The notes beneath the pieces were generated by a model that had not been told where the DNA came from, did not search any database, and saw only the letters and a program-made list of their open reading frames with translations. From the NCBI GenBank assembly GCA_021163205.1, contig JAGGXF010000021.1, positions 1 through 46,452 of the forward strand: a stretch of DNA of 46,452 nucleotides. Reading direction: 5' to 3'. A program made the translations under genes and the position numbers. Below are positions 38,075 to 46,452 of the stretch, in pieces. Numbering within the stretch: position 1 is the stretch's first letter; each line of letters opens with the position of its first letter. Source of the DNA: Candidatus Aenigmatarchaeota archaeon. GTDB lineage: Archaea > Aenigmatarchaeota > Aenigmatarchaeia > GW2011-AR5 > JAGGXF01.

Positions 38075-38458
38075 TCATAAAGAATTATCAAAGAGCTTCA
38101 AGCAGAGTTTTTTTACTTCGTCTGCCTTTGCGTCAAAAGGTATTCCGATTATCTTTATGTTTCTTATTTCTTTCATAGTCTTGAGAAGACTGATAACGAA
38201 ACCAAGGTCCATATCATGAAGTGTTGAAAGGCGTCTGGATTTAATATCGTTTTCTGACAGGAGTTGTGGTTTATCCAAGCCGTTTACTACGTCCATCAGA
38301 ACAACATCTTTTTCTTCTCTTATAACAAATGGGTCTTCTGTCTTAACAAAATCGACAGCTGGAAAGTCCTTTTTTATTTTGTCCGCAATATTCCATGCTT
38401 GTGGGTCGTTGTGAGAACCAAAAACAAAGACTTTTCTCTTATAACTTTTTTTATTCAT
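38075..38458 (-). CDS. Divergent hydrogenase maturation protease-like protein (HycI/HybD fold)
   Basis: VFVFG...D, VVLMDVV, STLHD and IIGIP follow the HycI pattern (GN..DD, D, H, G.QP). Located in the hydrogenase neighbourhood. Likely start ATG 38458. Confidence 0.6.
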   Translation of the reverse strand: MNKKSYKRKVFVFGSHNDPQAWNIADKIKKDFPAVDFVKTEDPFVIREEKDVVLMDVVNGLDKPQLLSENDIKSRRLSTLHDMDLGFVISLLKTMKEIRNIKIIGIPFDAKADEVKKLCLKLFDNSL

Positions 38459-38474
38459 GGTTAAACGCCAATAG

Positions 38475-39386
38475 TCAAATGCCGCTAACAAACTCGCTCT
38501 TGACGCGAGAAACCAGAAACGCGCCTAGTAAAATCATTGCCGAGCCGGCAAGTTGCATTGCTGGTGCTGGCTCTCCAAAAACAGCAACGCCAAGTATAAG
38601 GGATACTAGTGGGGCCAGAAGAAGTAAAGTCGATGCTTTCGAAACATTGATCAACTTTATGCTGTTATACCAACAAAACACGTAACCGAAAAGGAAGAGC
38701 GTGGATACCATGATTTTTATTATTTGCTCATGGCTCAGCGTAAATAGTATATCCGCCTTGCCGAAGTAAAAAACAGCTAAAAATAAGAAGATCGAACCAA
38801 AGAACATTCTCGAGAATGTAACAATGTAGTTGGACTCTTTCTTTATCATAACCCCCCTGGCCAGAATATTTTCAACGGCCCATAAAAATGTAGCAGCTAT
38901 GATAAGCTTGTCACCGAATGATGGATTAGACCAAAGCTCAGCAGGATTTATCTTGGTGCAATAAATAGCCATTGTTCCAAGAAACATAAGCACAAGTGCA
39001 CATGCTTGTTTTTTTGTGATTCTCTCCTTAAGAAATAGAAACGCAAGCAGGGTTGTGTAGAGTGGTAATGTCTTGTGTAAAAAAGCGGCACGTCCGCCTG
39101 TCGTAAGACCAAGACCTGTAAAAAATAGTAAGAATGCTACAGCACCCCCTATGAATCCTATGAGCAACATAACAGGCCAGTTAATCTTCTTTACACCCTT
39201 CGAGAAATCCTTCCTGTAAAACGCTATTATCAGAAATGCCAATCCTATGATAAAAGCTCTAACTGCTGTGAAGACCGTTGGGTCTATAGAGGCAACAAAA
39301 AACTTATTGACTATTATAGAGAAACCGCTTATGACTGCTGTCGCAAGAGCGAACAGAGTTCCCATCGTTTCTTTTTTCATATTCAT
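38475..39386 (-). CDS. DMT/EamA family transporter
   Basis: About 10 TM helices in two EamA-like halves, each ending FLKE or FGE. Confidence 0.9.
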   Translation of the reverse strand: MNMKKETMGTLFALATAVISGFSIIVNKFFVASIDPTVFTAVRAFIIGLAFLIIAFYRKDFSKGVKKINWPVMLLIGFIGGAVAFLLFFTGLGLTTGGRAAFLHKTLPLYTTLLAFLFLKERITKKQACALVLMFLGTMAIYCTKINPAELWSNPSFGDKLIIAATFLWAVENILARGVMIKKESNYIVTFSRMFFGSIFLFLAVFYFGKADILFTLSHEQIIKIMVSTLFLFGYVFCWYNSIKLINVSKASTLLLLAPLVSLILGVAVFGEPAPAMQLAGSAMILLGAFLVSRVKSEFVSGI

Positions 39387-39393
39387 ATATTTA

Positions 39394-39945
39394 TCAACCT
39401 TGGGATTTAAATTTTTTCAACACGTTTTTCATCGCCGCATCTTTCATGTAGAAATCCAAAATATCGTCGTATTGCTTTTGGGTTATTTTTTCCACGATAT
39501 AATCGTAGTGGACGACAACACAATCGCCCGGGTTTGCGTCAGGAACAAAATCCTTTTTGTATTTTTTTTCTCCAAGTGGCGTTTTAACAGTTTCTTTTTT
39601 AACAATACCTGGCCAGACAATGCAACGTTGAACAGGTATGTCTTTATATATCATGTTTCGCTGTTCTATGGCTTGAAAATGCCTGAACCAAAAATACTCG
39701 TGAATCGTTTCCACATCTATTTTTTTCTTTTTTTGTTGCCTTGCTAGAATCTTGAGCATCCTGATAGCTATGGTAAAAATTTTTTCCAGGTCAACATCTA
39801 CGCTTTCGTTCTTAACGAGTTTCGTCCTTATTTTTTCTATGGTGCTCGATTTCACATTACCGCGCTTTATCAGAACCTCACTGCATGGTATCGCATATCT
39901 AAGAAAGAGCCTTTTTGTCTGTTCAGAATCAAACATACACAACAC
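39394..39945 (-). CDS. DUF6390-like protein with a C-terminal HypC-like segment
   Basis: LFLRYAIPC at the N-terminus, EYFW..H, RCIVWPG.V, and PGDCVVVHYDYIVEKI at the C-terminus. Directly downstream of hypC. Start may be ATG 39936. Confidence 0.5.
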   Translation of the reverse strand: MLCMFDSEQTKRLFLRYAIPCSEVLIKRGNVKSSTIEKIRTKLVKNESVDVDLEKIFTIAIRMLKILARQQKKKKIDVETIHEYFWFRHFQAIEQRNMIYKDIPVQRCIVWPGIVKKETVKTPLGEKKYKKDFVPDANPGDCVVVHYDYIVEKITQKQYDDILDFYMKDAAMKNVLKKFKSQG

Positions 39946-40036
39946 CCTGACAAGTACTCACCAGATTGTTTGTGTCCTTCGCATCCTATCGTTATGTCAT
40001 ATCCGCTTCTCTAATGCATTATCAATTACAATACTA

Positions 40037-40231
40037 TCATGCCTGCTTCAGAATTTTCTCCGCCTGTTTTTTGTCAATGATATCCATAACAAATCCGCCA
40101 TAAACAAGAACATAATCACCTATTTTTGGTTTTACAAGTTCTGTGCTTGCCCTGATCTTTTGTCCTTTTACCTCTGCCAGAATCTCCTCTTTATCTACCT
40201 CAATAACCTTTGCAGGTATTGCCAGACACAT
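40037..40231 (-). CDS. hypC: HypC/HupF hydrogenase maturation chaperone
   Basis: MCLAIPAKV at the N-terminus and GDYVLVYGGF. Confidence 0.9.
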   Translation of the reverse strand: MCLAIPAKVIEVDKEEILAEVKGQKIRASTELVKPKIGDYVLVYGGFVMDIIDKKQAEKILKQA

Positions 40232-40240
40232 TTTTTAACC

Positions 40241-40582
40241 TCAGTCAATAATAACTTCCTTCAAAATAATCTTGTCGCCGTCTATAATATTATTTTCACT
40301 CAGCTCTTTTCCACATTTCGGACAGTTAAACCTCGTGTAGCTGTGTGCTTTTTCCAATATTTTTGGCTCACCTTCATATCCACAATCACATCTAACAAGT
40401 CCGGGCTTCTTCAAAATCTTTATATCCCATTTGACAAGCCCTTTCAGAGCATGCTCAAGCTCTTCAGCAGGCAAATGGCCTAGGTCTCCAACCTCAACCA
40501 CTATTGCTTTTATTTTATTTTTGTCACCAGCGTTCTTTTTTGCTGTCTGGATTATATCATTAGCTATTGCATATTCGTGCAC
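40241..40582 (-). CDS. hypA: Hydrogenase maturation nickel metallochaperone HypA
   Basis: MHE at the N-terminus, CDCG and CPKCG Zn sites. Confidence 0.92.
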   Translation of the reverse strand: MHEYAIANDIIQTAKKNAGDKNKIKAIVVEVGDLGHLPAEELEHALKGLVKWDIKILKKPGLVRCDCGYEGEPKILEKAHSYTRFNCPKCGKELSENNIIDGDKIILKEVIID

Positions 40583-40586
40583 ACAA

Positions 40587-41051
40587 TCACCTCTTTACAT
40601 CCTCAACTTTAATCATGCTCGCCACGCTTCTCGGCACCAGACGCTTCCATGGCTTTCCACGTCGCATAAGACGTCTTATGCGCGTCGCGTTATATTTTCT
40701 CCTCTCGAGAAAATCAGGTCTCTTCACGGGTTTAATCCCAACAAAACACCGCTTCACCCAAGAGGAACCCGTAACAACAACATCGAAATTCATTTTTTTC
40801 ATTATTGTTTTTGTCCATTCTGTGTCTGAGTCGACATCAGGCACAATAAAAATCTTGTAGTTTTTGTGCTTCAGAGAAGATACTATCATCTTTCTTCGGA
40901 GAGCGAAGGAAAAAGGATTTTTCTTATCTAGTTTTTTTGGCCCGCTTATTACTATGTTGACTTTTTCATATCTTTTCTGAAGTTTTTCTATTGCGTGCTT
41001 GTGACCCCTGTGAAATGGCTGAAACCTTCCGACAAAAAGCACCACACCCAT
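40587..41051 (-). CDS. nadM: Nicotinamide-nucleotide adenylyltransferase (archaeal NadM type)
   Basis: GRFQPFHRGH, NPFS and NATRIR motifs. Confidence 0.8.
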   Translation of the reverse strand: MGVVLFVGRFQPFHRGHKHAIEKLQKRYEKVNIVISGPKKLDKKNPFSFALRRKMIVSSLKHKNYKIFIVPDVDSDTEWTKTIMKKMNFDVVVTGSSWVKRCFVGIKPVKRPDFLERRKYNATRIRRLMRRGKPWKRLVPRSVASMIKVEDVKR

Positions 41052-41138
41052 AGAAACCTTTTTATTGGGGGTTTTTAAATATCTTAATTATATTGTTTTG
41101 CTTTTTAGATAAAGATAGGCAAAGATAGCGATGATAAA

Positions 41139-42770
41139 ATGGTGGAAATAGTCTCTGAAGTGAAAAGAATAGGCGAGTATGTCATTATTTTTACAAGGGT
41201 ATTTGACTCTGGGCAAATGGTTACAGATGCAGATGTTGCTATAGTTGTCGAAGACGTGGAAGAAAGGATATTCTTACCCCGGTCCTCAACTACTCATGGC
41301 TTTTCTGTCTATACTATCAACGAAAAAAATGTTATAGAAAACCTCTCCGGTGTTTACACACTTATATTCAAAAGTCTGTTCAAGAAGTTCAAAGTCACGA
41401 TATTTGCCAGGGTAAGAGATAAAACAACAAAAAAGGTTTTGCTGTTTGAAAATGGACGGACCAGAGAAGAAAAAGACCCGCTGGATGTAATCAGGACATT
41501 GAAAGTATTTCTTGGATTTAATGTCAACATAGATAAAATAATCTATGTTGACAAGCGGCTTGAAAAACTTGTCAATAAGAACACGAGAAAAGCTATACTG
41601 CAAGACCTGATAAAACCAAGAAAAAAGATAAACTCGATCGAGGATGTTTTTGTCGGCATAATAGACTCGATGAGATACGGTAGCCAGGAGTGGGTTATAG
41701 AAGACCCAAGTGTTATTAAGTGGCTGGAAAATCTCTATAAGGACAACTTGGGAAAAGAAACGAGAATTGGTGGACAAGCTGGCATAATAGCAAATCTCAT
41801 CGCTATCCTTGGTGGCTACCCTACTGTATACTCGCCCGTGCTGTCAAAAGAGCAAGCTGGTCTTTTGCATAAAAATGTTTTTTCGCTCTGTCCGACAAGA
41901 AAGCCCGTGACAGAGTGCGCCGACGCGAAGGAAAGCAAGGTAAACTGGGTGTTTGAATTTAATCGAACTGATGAGTTGTTTAATATTCGGTCAAATCAAA
42001 ATGGTCGCTTCATTGCAGGCTCGCAAATGGAAGAATACAGACCGGAGTGGCCTGACATTAATAACATCGACATAGATGCTATCATATTGGCCGGATTGCA
42101 TCTTCTCAAGAAAAAATACAGGGATGGCACAACAGCTGAAAAAATAATAAAAGAAACGATAGAATGGATTGATGGAGCTGCCAAAAGAGACATACCAACA
42201 CATTTGGAGCTAACGTGCATGGAAGACGAATGGCTCAGAGAAAAAATTGTGGAAATCCTATACCACGTTGATAGTGTTGGTATGAACAAAGATGAACTTA
42301 GGCAAATAGCAGAGCTCGATGAAGAAAAAATAGACCTGCCGGACGCGCTTTCAATTATAAAGTATATGAAAAAAATTGCAAAAAAGTTTGGATTAAAGCG
42401 TGTCCACGTTCACACGCTTGGTTATTATATTAATTTGTATAAGGACTCTGGATGGGCTTCGCCGGAAAAGATAAAGAAAGCTATGTTATTTGCATCTGAT
42501 CTGGCAGCTGCTGCAGCGTTTTCTGGCTCCATAGAAAAAATGGAGGACCTTGAAATAGCTGATTCTATATCTCTGTCGAAGACAGGTCTAAAAGAGCAGG
42601 AAAAACTAGAAAAAGAAATAGGTATGGAGAACGGAGTAGCTCGGGTTGGTGATTATACAATCATATTCTTGCCGACGAAGGTTGTCGGTCACCCAAAAAC
42701 AACGGTTGGTCTTGGCGATACAATATCTGGGTCAATGTTTGTAGTTGAATGTGGATACAGATACATGTAA
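41139..42770 (+). CDS. ADP-dependent glucokinase/phosphofructokinase with an N-terminal ~120-aa extension
   Basis: GFNVNID, RIGGQAGIIAN, VNWVFEF, RFIA, SVGMN..EL, HVHT and TVGLGDTIS motifs. Confidence 0.9.
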   Translation: MVEIVSEVKRIGEYVIIFTRVFDSGQMVTDADVAIVVEDVEERIFLPRSSTTHGFSVYTINEKNVIENLSGVYTLIFKSLFKKFKVTIFARVRDKTTKKVLLFENGRTREEKDPLDVIRTLKVFLGFNVNIDKIIYVDKRLEKLVNKNTRKAILQDLIKPRKKINSIEDVFVGIIDSMRYGSQEWVIEDPSVIKWLENLYKDNLGKETRIGGQAGIIANLIAILGGYPTVYSPVLSKEQAGLLHKNVFSLCPTRKPVTECADAKESKVNWVFEFNRTDELFNIRSNQNGRFIAGSQMEEYRPEWPDINNIDIDAIILAGLHLLKKKYRDGTTAEKIIKETIEWIDGAAKRDIPTHLELTCMEDEWLREKIVEILYHVDSVGMNKDELRQIAELDEEKIDLPDALSIIKYMKKIAKKFGLKRVHVHTLGYYINLYKDSGWASPEKIKKAMLFASDLAAAAAFSGSIEKMEDLEIADSISLSKTGLKEQEKLEKEIGMENGVARVGDYTIIFLPTKVVGHPKTTVGLGDTISGSMFVVECGYRYM

Positions 42771-42791
42771 CCATTCGAAACAACTAACCAT

Positions 42792-43916
42792 CTAGGAATA
42801 TACGACTCCGTCATAGACCTCTATGGTCATATTAGCAACATCCTCCCATGTCGGCAAACTCTTCACAACTTCCTCGGCTTTCTTTGAAAGCTGTTTTCTT
42901 TTTTCATCGCTGCCCAGCAAATCTAGAATGGCCGACGCCAGTGCGTCTGATTTCGTGTCTGAAACGACAACGGCGTCTCTGACAAGCTCGAGTGCACCGA
43001 AGTTTTTTGACAGAATCGTGGGCTTTCTGAACGACAAAGCTTCCAATGCCACTATACCGAAAGGTTCGTGTTTTGAAGGCAAAACAATTATATCAGCTTC
43101 CTGCAAGAAAGATTTTTTTTCATCTTCGCTCACAAAGCCCGTGAACATAACTTGATTTTCTATGCCGAGCGTTCGAGCGAATCTCTTCAGAGGCTCCATC
43201 AAATGTCCTGCACCTATAAAAACAAAATTCGCTTTTTTTCTGTCCAGCACTTTTTTAGCGGCGTATATGAGATTCTCAGGTCCCTTCTGCTCGGTTAGCC
43301 GACCTAAGAAAACGATTAGAGGTTTTCTCAATATATACTTCTTTATAATATCTACATACTCGAAAGCCCGCTCTTCGTAAGCGTTGTATATGACTTTTAT
43401 TTTTTTCTCGTTGACACCGAAATCAGAAACAAGTATTTTTTTCATCATTTTACTGACAGTAATAACAGCGTCTGATTTTTCTACACCGAGTTTCTCCATC
43501 TGCGATGGGTAGTTGTCCAAATCCCTCAGTGTGCGCTGCTTTTCGAGACTGTGAACAGAAAAAACAAGTGGCTTTTTTAGAAATGTTTTTAGCTCTATAC
43601 CGGCAGCAGCAGTCAACCAGTCGTGTGCATGTATTACATCTATCGGCTTTTCAACATCTAGCTTTATGACGCGCTTGACAACCTCTTTATTGTAATTCTT
43701 AACTATGTCCATATTTTCGTATATATTTTTTATTCTTGGTGTTTTTATCAGATGTGCCGTAAATCTTTCGTGTCTTTCAATAAAATCCTCTACCCCAGGA
43801 ATAAACACGTGCAGTTCGCACCTCTTTCCAAGTGTTGCTGTCAGTTCTCTCAGATGCGTTCCCAAGCCACCCGTTATGTTTGGGGGAAACTCCCACCCTA
43901 TCATGGCAACGCGCAT
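42792..43916 (-). CDS. GT4 glycosyltransferase (glycogen-synthase-like)
   Basis: WEFPP..GGLG, HAHDW, GRLTEQKG and EPFGIVALEA motifs. Likely start ATG 43916. Confidence 0.9.
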   Translation of the reverse strand: MRVAMIGWEFPPNITGGLGTHLRELTATLGKRCELHVFIPGVEDFIERHERFTAHLIKTPRIKNIYENMDIVKNYNKEVVKRVIKLDVEKPIDVIHAHDWLTAAAGIELKTFLKKPLVFSVHSLEKQRTLRDLDNYPSQMEKLGVEKSDAVITVSKMMKKILVSDFGVNEKKIKVIYNAYEERAFEYVDIIKKYILRKPLIVFLGRLTEQKGPENLIYAAKKVLDRKKANFVFIGAGHLMEPLKRFARTLGIENQVMFTGFVSEDEKKSFLQEADIIVLPSKHEPFGIVALEALSFRKPTILSKNFGALELVRDAVVVSDTKSDALASAILDLLGSDEKRKQLSKKAEEVVKSLPTWEDVANMTIEVYDGVVYS

Positions 43917-44077
43917 GAAATCGCCTTTTACGTTCCTTTTTAGCAATATATTTTGCTTGTCTATTTCTAAATTTATTCACTAACCGAAAATAAAACATGG
44001 GCCAGAGCACAATTATTTATATGCATCGAAATAATAGTTAGTCAGATAATTATAAAAAACTGAAAGGGGGCTTTAGT

Positions 44078-45190
44078 ATGGGAAAAATAACTTTTTCTTT
44101 GATAAAAGCGGATGTTGGTGGTTGGCCAGGACACTCAAAGGTTCATCCGGAGTTAATCAAAACCGCTGAGGAAGAACTAGCAAAAGAGAAAGGCAAACTT
44201 CTAATAGACTATCATGTGACGAGTTGTGGCGATGACCTGCAACTAATAATGACGCACCAGCAGGGTGTTGACTCAAAGGATATTCACGGTTTAGCATGGA
44301 ATATATTCGAGAAAGCTACCGGAGTCGCGAAAAAACTGAAGCTCTATGGTGCTGGTCAGGATATGCTAAAGGATGCATTCTCGGGAAATATAAGAGGAAT
44401 GGGACCTGGCATTGCTGAAATGGAATTCACGGAAAGAAAGGGAGAACCTATCATAACATTTATGATGGACAAAACAGAGCCCGGTGCATTCAACCTACCG
44501 ATATACAGGATGTTCGCAGATCCGTTCAACACAGCTGGTTTGGTTATAGACCCCAACTTTCACGCTGGTTTCAAATTTGAAATATGGGATATAAAGGAAC
44601 ATAAAAGGGTATTTATGAATGCACCCGAGGAAATGTACGAAATGTTGGCTTTGCTCGGAGCAAAGTCTCGCTACGTAATAAAGCGTGTCTATCCCAAGAG
44701 CGGAGAAAAGTTGCCAGAGGATGAGCCGGTGGCTGTTATAAGCACGGAGAAACTTTTCCAGATTGCCAAAAAATACATAGGAAAAGATGACCCTGTTGCT
44801 GTTGTTCGGGCACAATCAGGATTACCTGCCTTGGGAGAGGTATTAGAACCATTCGCATTCCCTCACCTGGTGTCTGGCTGGATGAGAGGCTCGCACAACG
44901 GACCAATCATACCTGTTGCACAAAAAGATGCGATGTGCACACGATTCGACGGTCCGCCAAGAGTTGTTGCGCTAGGATTCCAACTGGCTGAAGGTAAGCT
45001 TGTGGGCCCTGTAGACTTGTTTGCTGACGTCGGGTTTGACAACGCAAGGAGAAAGGCGCTCGAAATCGCAGATTATATGAGAAGACACGGTCCATTTGAG
45101 CCACACAGATTACCTTTGGAAGAGATGGAATACACAACGCTACCAAAAGTGATGGAGAGACTCAAAGATAGATTCGAGAAGGTGGAGTAG
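44078..45190 (+). CDS. fbp: Bifunctional fructose-1,6-bisphosphate aldolase/phosphatase (FBPase class V)
   Basis: KADVGG..GH, GDD, LYGAGQD, DKTEPGAFN, YIGKDDP, GWMRGSH and MEYTT motifs. Confidence 0.97.
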   Translation: MGKITFSLIKADVGGWPGHSKVHPELIKTAEEELAKEKGKLLIDYHVTSCGDDLQLIMTHQQGVDSKDIHGLAWNIFEKATGVAKKLKLYGAGQDMLKDAFSGNIRGMGPGIAEMEFTERKGEPIITFMMDKTEPGAFNLPIYRMFADPFNTAGLVIDPNFHAGFKFEIWDIKEHKRVFMNAPEEMYEMLALLGAKSRYVIKRVYPKSGEKLPEDEPVAVISTEKLFQIAKKYIGKDDPVAVVRAQSGLPALGEVLEPFAFPHLVSGWMRGSHNGPIIPVAQKDAMCTRFDGPPRVVALGFQLAEGKLVGPVDLFADVGFDNARRKALEIADYMRRHGPFEPHRLPLEEMEYTTLPKVMERLKDRFEKVE

Positions 45191-45245
45191 CGCCTTCTTT
45201 TTCTTTTGTTATTTCATACTAATTCATGTTCAGAGGTGAGAAAAC

Positions 45246-45923
45246 ATGACAATGAGAAAACCGATAATAATAGTAAATATGAAAACATATTTGCAATCTA
45301 TCGGAGAAAAGGCTATAAAACTTGCGAAAAGCGCTGCAAAGGTTTCGGAAAAGACTGGCGCAGAAATAATTCTTGCACCGCAACTTGCTGACCTAAAAGA
45401 GGTTGCAAAGATTGTTCCTGCCTATAGCCAACACATCGATCCCATAGAACCTGGCGCACACACTGGTCACGTGCTGGGAGAATCATTAAAAGATGCTGGA
45501 GCAACCGGCGTCATAATAAATCACTCCGAAGATGTTGTTCCTTTTGACGACATAAAGAAAAACATTGAAAAAGCAAGGTCACTTGGACTGACAACCGTAG
45601 TCTGTGCGCCGTCTGCGATAGAGGCGGAAGAGATAGCAAAGTTCTCACCCGACTTCATAGCTGTCGAACCACCAGAACTGATAGGTGGAGACATCTCTGT
45701 GTCCACAGCCAAGCCCGAACTTATAGAAGAGACTGTTAGGGGGGTTCATAAAGTAAATCCAAATATCAAAGTTCTGTGCGGGGCTGGAGTCAAGACCGGG
45801 AAAGACGTTAAAAAAGCAATGGAACTCGGTGCAGAAGGCATCTTGGTGGCGTCGGGCGTTGTCAAGGCAGAAGACCCAGAAGTAGCACTTATGGATTTGA
45901 GCGGAGCGTGTGTGGAGAAATAA
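45246..45923 (+). CDS. tpiA: Triosephosphate isomerase, archaeal short type
   Basis: NMKTY, QH.D, NHSE, VEPPELIG, GAGV and LVASGV motifs. 225 aa. Confidence 0.95.
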   Translation: MTMRKPIIIVNMKTYLQSIGEKAIKLAKSAAKVSEKTGAEIILAPQLADLKEVAKIVPAYSQHIDPIEPGAHTGHVLGESLKDAGATGVIINHSEDVVPFDDIKKNIEKARSLGLTTVVCAPSAIEAEEIAKFSPDFIAVEPPELIGGDISVSTAKPELIEETVRGVHKVNPNIKVLCGAGVKTGKDVKKAMELGAEGILVASGVVKAEDPEVALMDLSGACVEK

Positions 45924-46036
45924 AACACTCTCAAAATTCTTGCAGATAATTGGATGATATATCAATAATTAACAACCTATGCATTCGTTTTGTCAACGAT
46001 GTCAAAACCTATGAACACGCTTATTAGAACGTTTGG

Positions 46037-46402
46037 TTATTCAACTGGACTATATCTAAATTTCTTAGGATCAGTCTTCCCCCCTCGGTCTTCATTCAAG
46101 AAACCATAAATATTCAGTTGATGCAGGAAATGAGCAATCAGACGTGTACTTTTTTTCTCCCCATACATTTTCTCATATTTTCGTTTTACTTGGGTTGGAG
46201 TAACTCCTTTAGGATATTTCTGGCATAACTCCTTAACTGTGTTATATATCTTCTTCTCTGACCCAATTAACTCTACTTCCTTATTCAGGTCAATACCTTT
46301 AAACCTTTCCCTTTCCTCATAGCGCTCTACACAAAGTTCTGACTCTGCTACCGCTATTAGCTTATCCCAATCCTTCTCAGATCCATCCGTCATATATATC
46401 AC
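46037..46402 (-). CDS. Small hypothetical protein, possibly winged-helix DNA-binding
   Basis: Helical pattern KIYNTVKEL...VTPTQV...TRLIAHFLHQL..YGFL followed by a short beta wing. Confidence 0.5.
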   Translation of the reverse strand: MIYMTDGSEKDWDKLIAVAESELCVERYEERERFKGIDLNKEVELIGSEKKIYNTVKELCQKYPKGVTPTQVKRKYEKMYGEKKSTRLIAHFLHQLNIYGFLNEDRGGKTDPKKFRYSPVE

Positions 46403-46452
46403 CTTATAATAGTAAAAATAATAAAAGAAAAATATTTAAAATTAATTTAAAT

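Overview
Gene-dense, AT-rich archaeal window. TATA-type promoters, GGTGA/GGAGG RBSs, archaeal FBP aldolase/phosphatase, TPI and ADP-dependent kinase alongside bacterial-type GAPDH and iPGM suggest a DPANN-type (possibly Aenigmarchaeota-like) genome; this is inference. The window has two halves. (1) 1-26 kb is an all-minus-strand cell-surface locus. It holds a 3759-aa N-glycosylation-sequon-rich adhesin with three DUF2341-like cassettes, each carrying a different insert, and a partial paralogous surface protein with a Yip1-like membrane N-terminus that the ORF track missed. It also holds two exported QW-repeat (prenyltransferase/squalene-cyclase-like) barrel proteins, a degenerate UbiA-like membrane protein, a MinD ATPase, a DUF916/DUF3324 (WxL-interacting)-like protein, and several small proteins sharing a WxL/pilin-like fold with the adhesin C-terminus. 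This looks like an undescribed archaeal WxL/chaperone-assisted fibre or adhesion apparatus. (2) 26-46 kb is a carbon/redox island: ATP-cone nuclease, iPGM, sugar nucleotidyltransferase, PGK, GAPDH, a group 3b [NiFe]-hydrogenase operon with an altered L0 motif (KIYGH), NnrD, a reduced and degenerate maturation module (HypA, HypC, DUF6390-like protein, DMT transporter, protease-like protein), NMN adenylyltransferase, ADP-dependent sugar kinase, GT4 glycosyltransferase, FBP aldolase/phosphatase and TPI. No rRNA, tRNA, CRISPR array or transposase was seen. Family assignments come from motif recognition by eye, not database searches.
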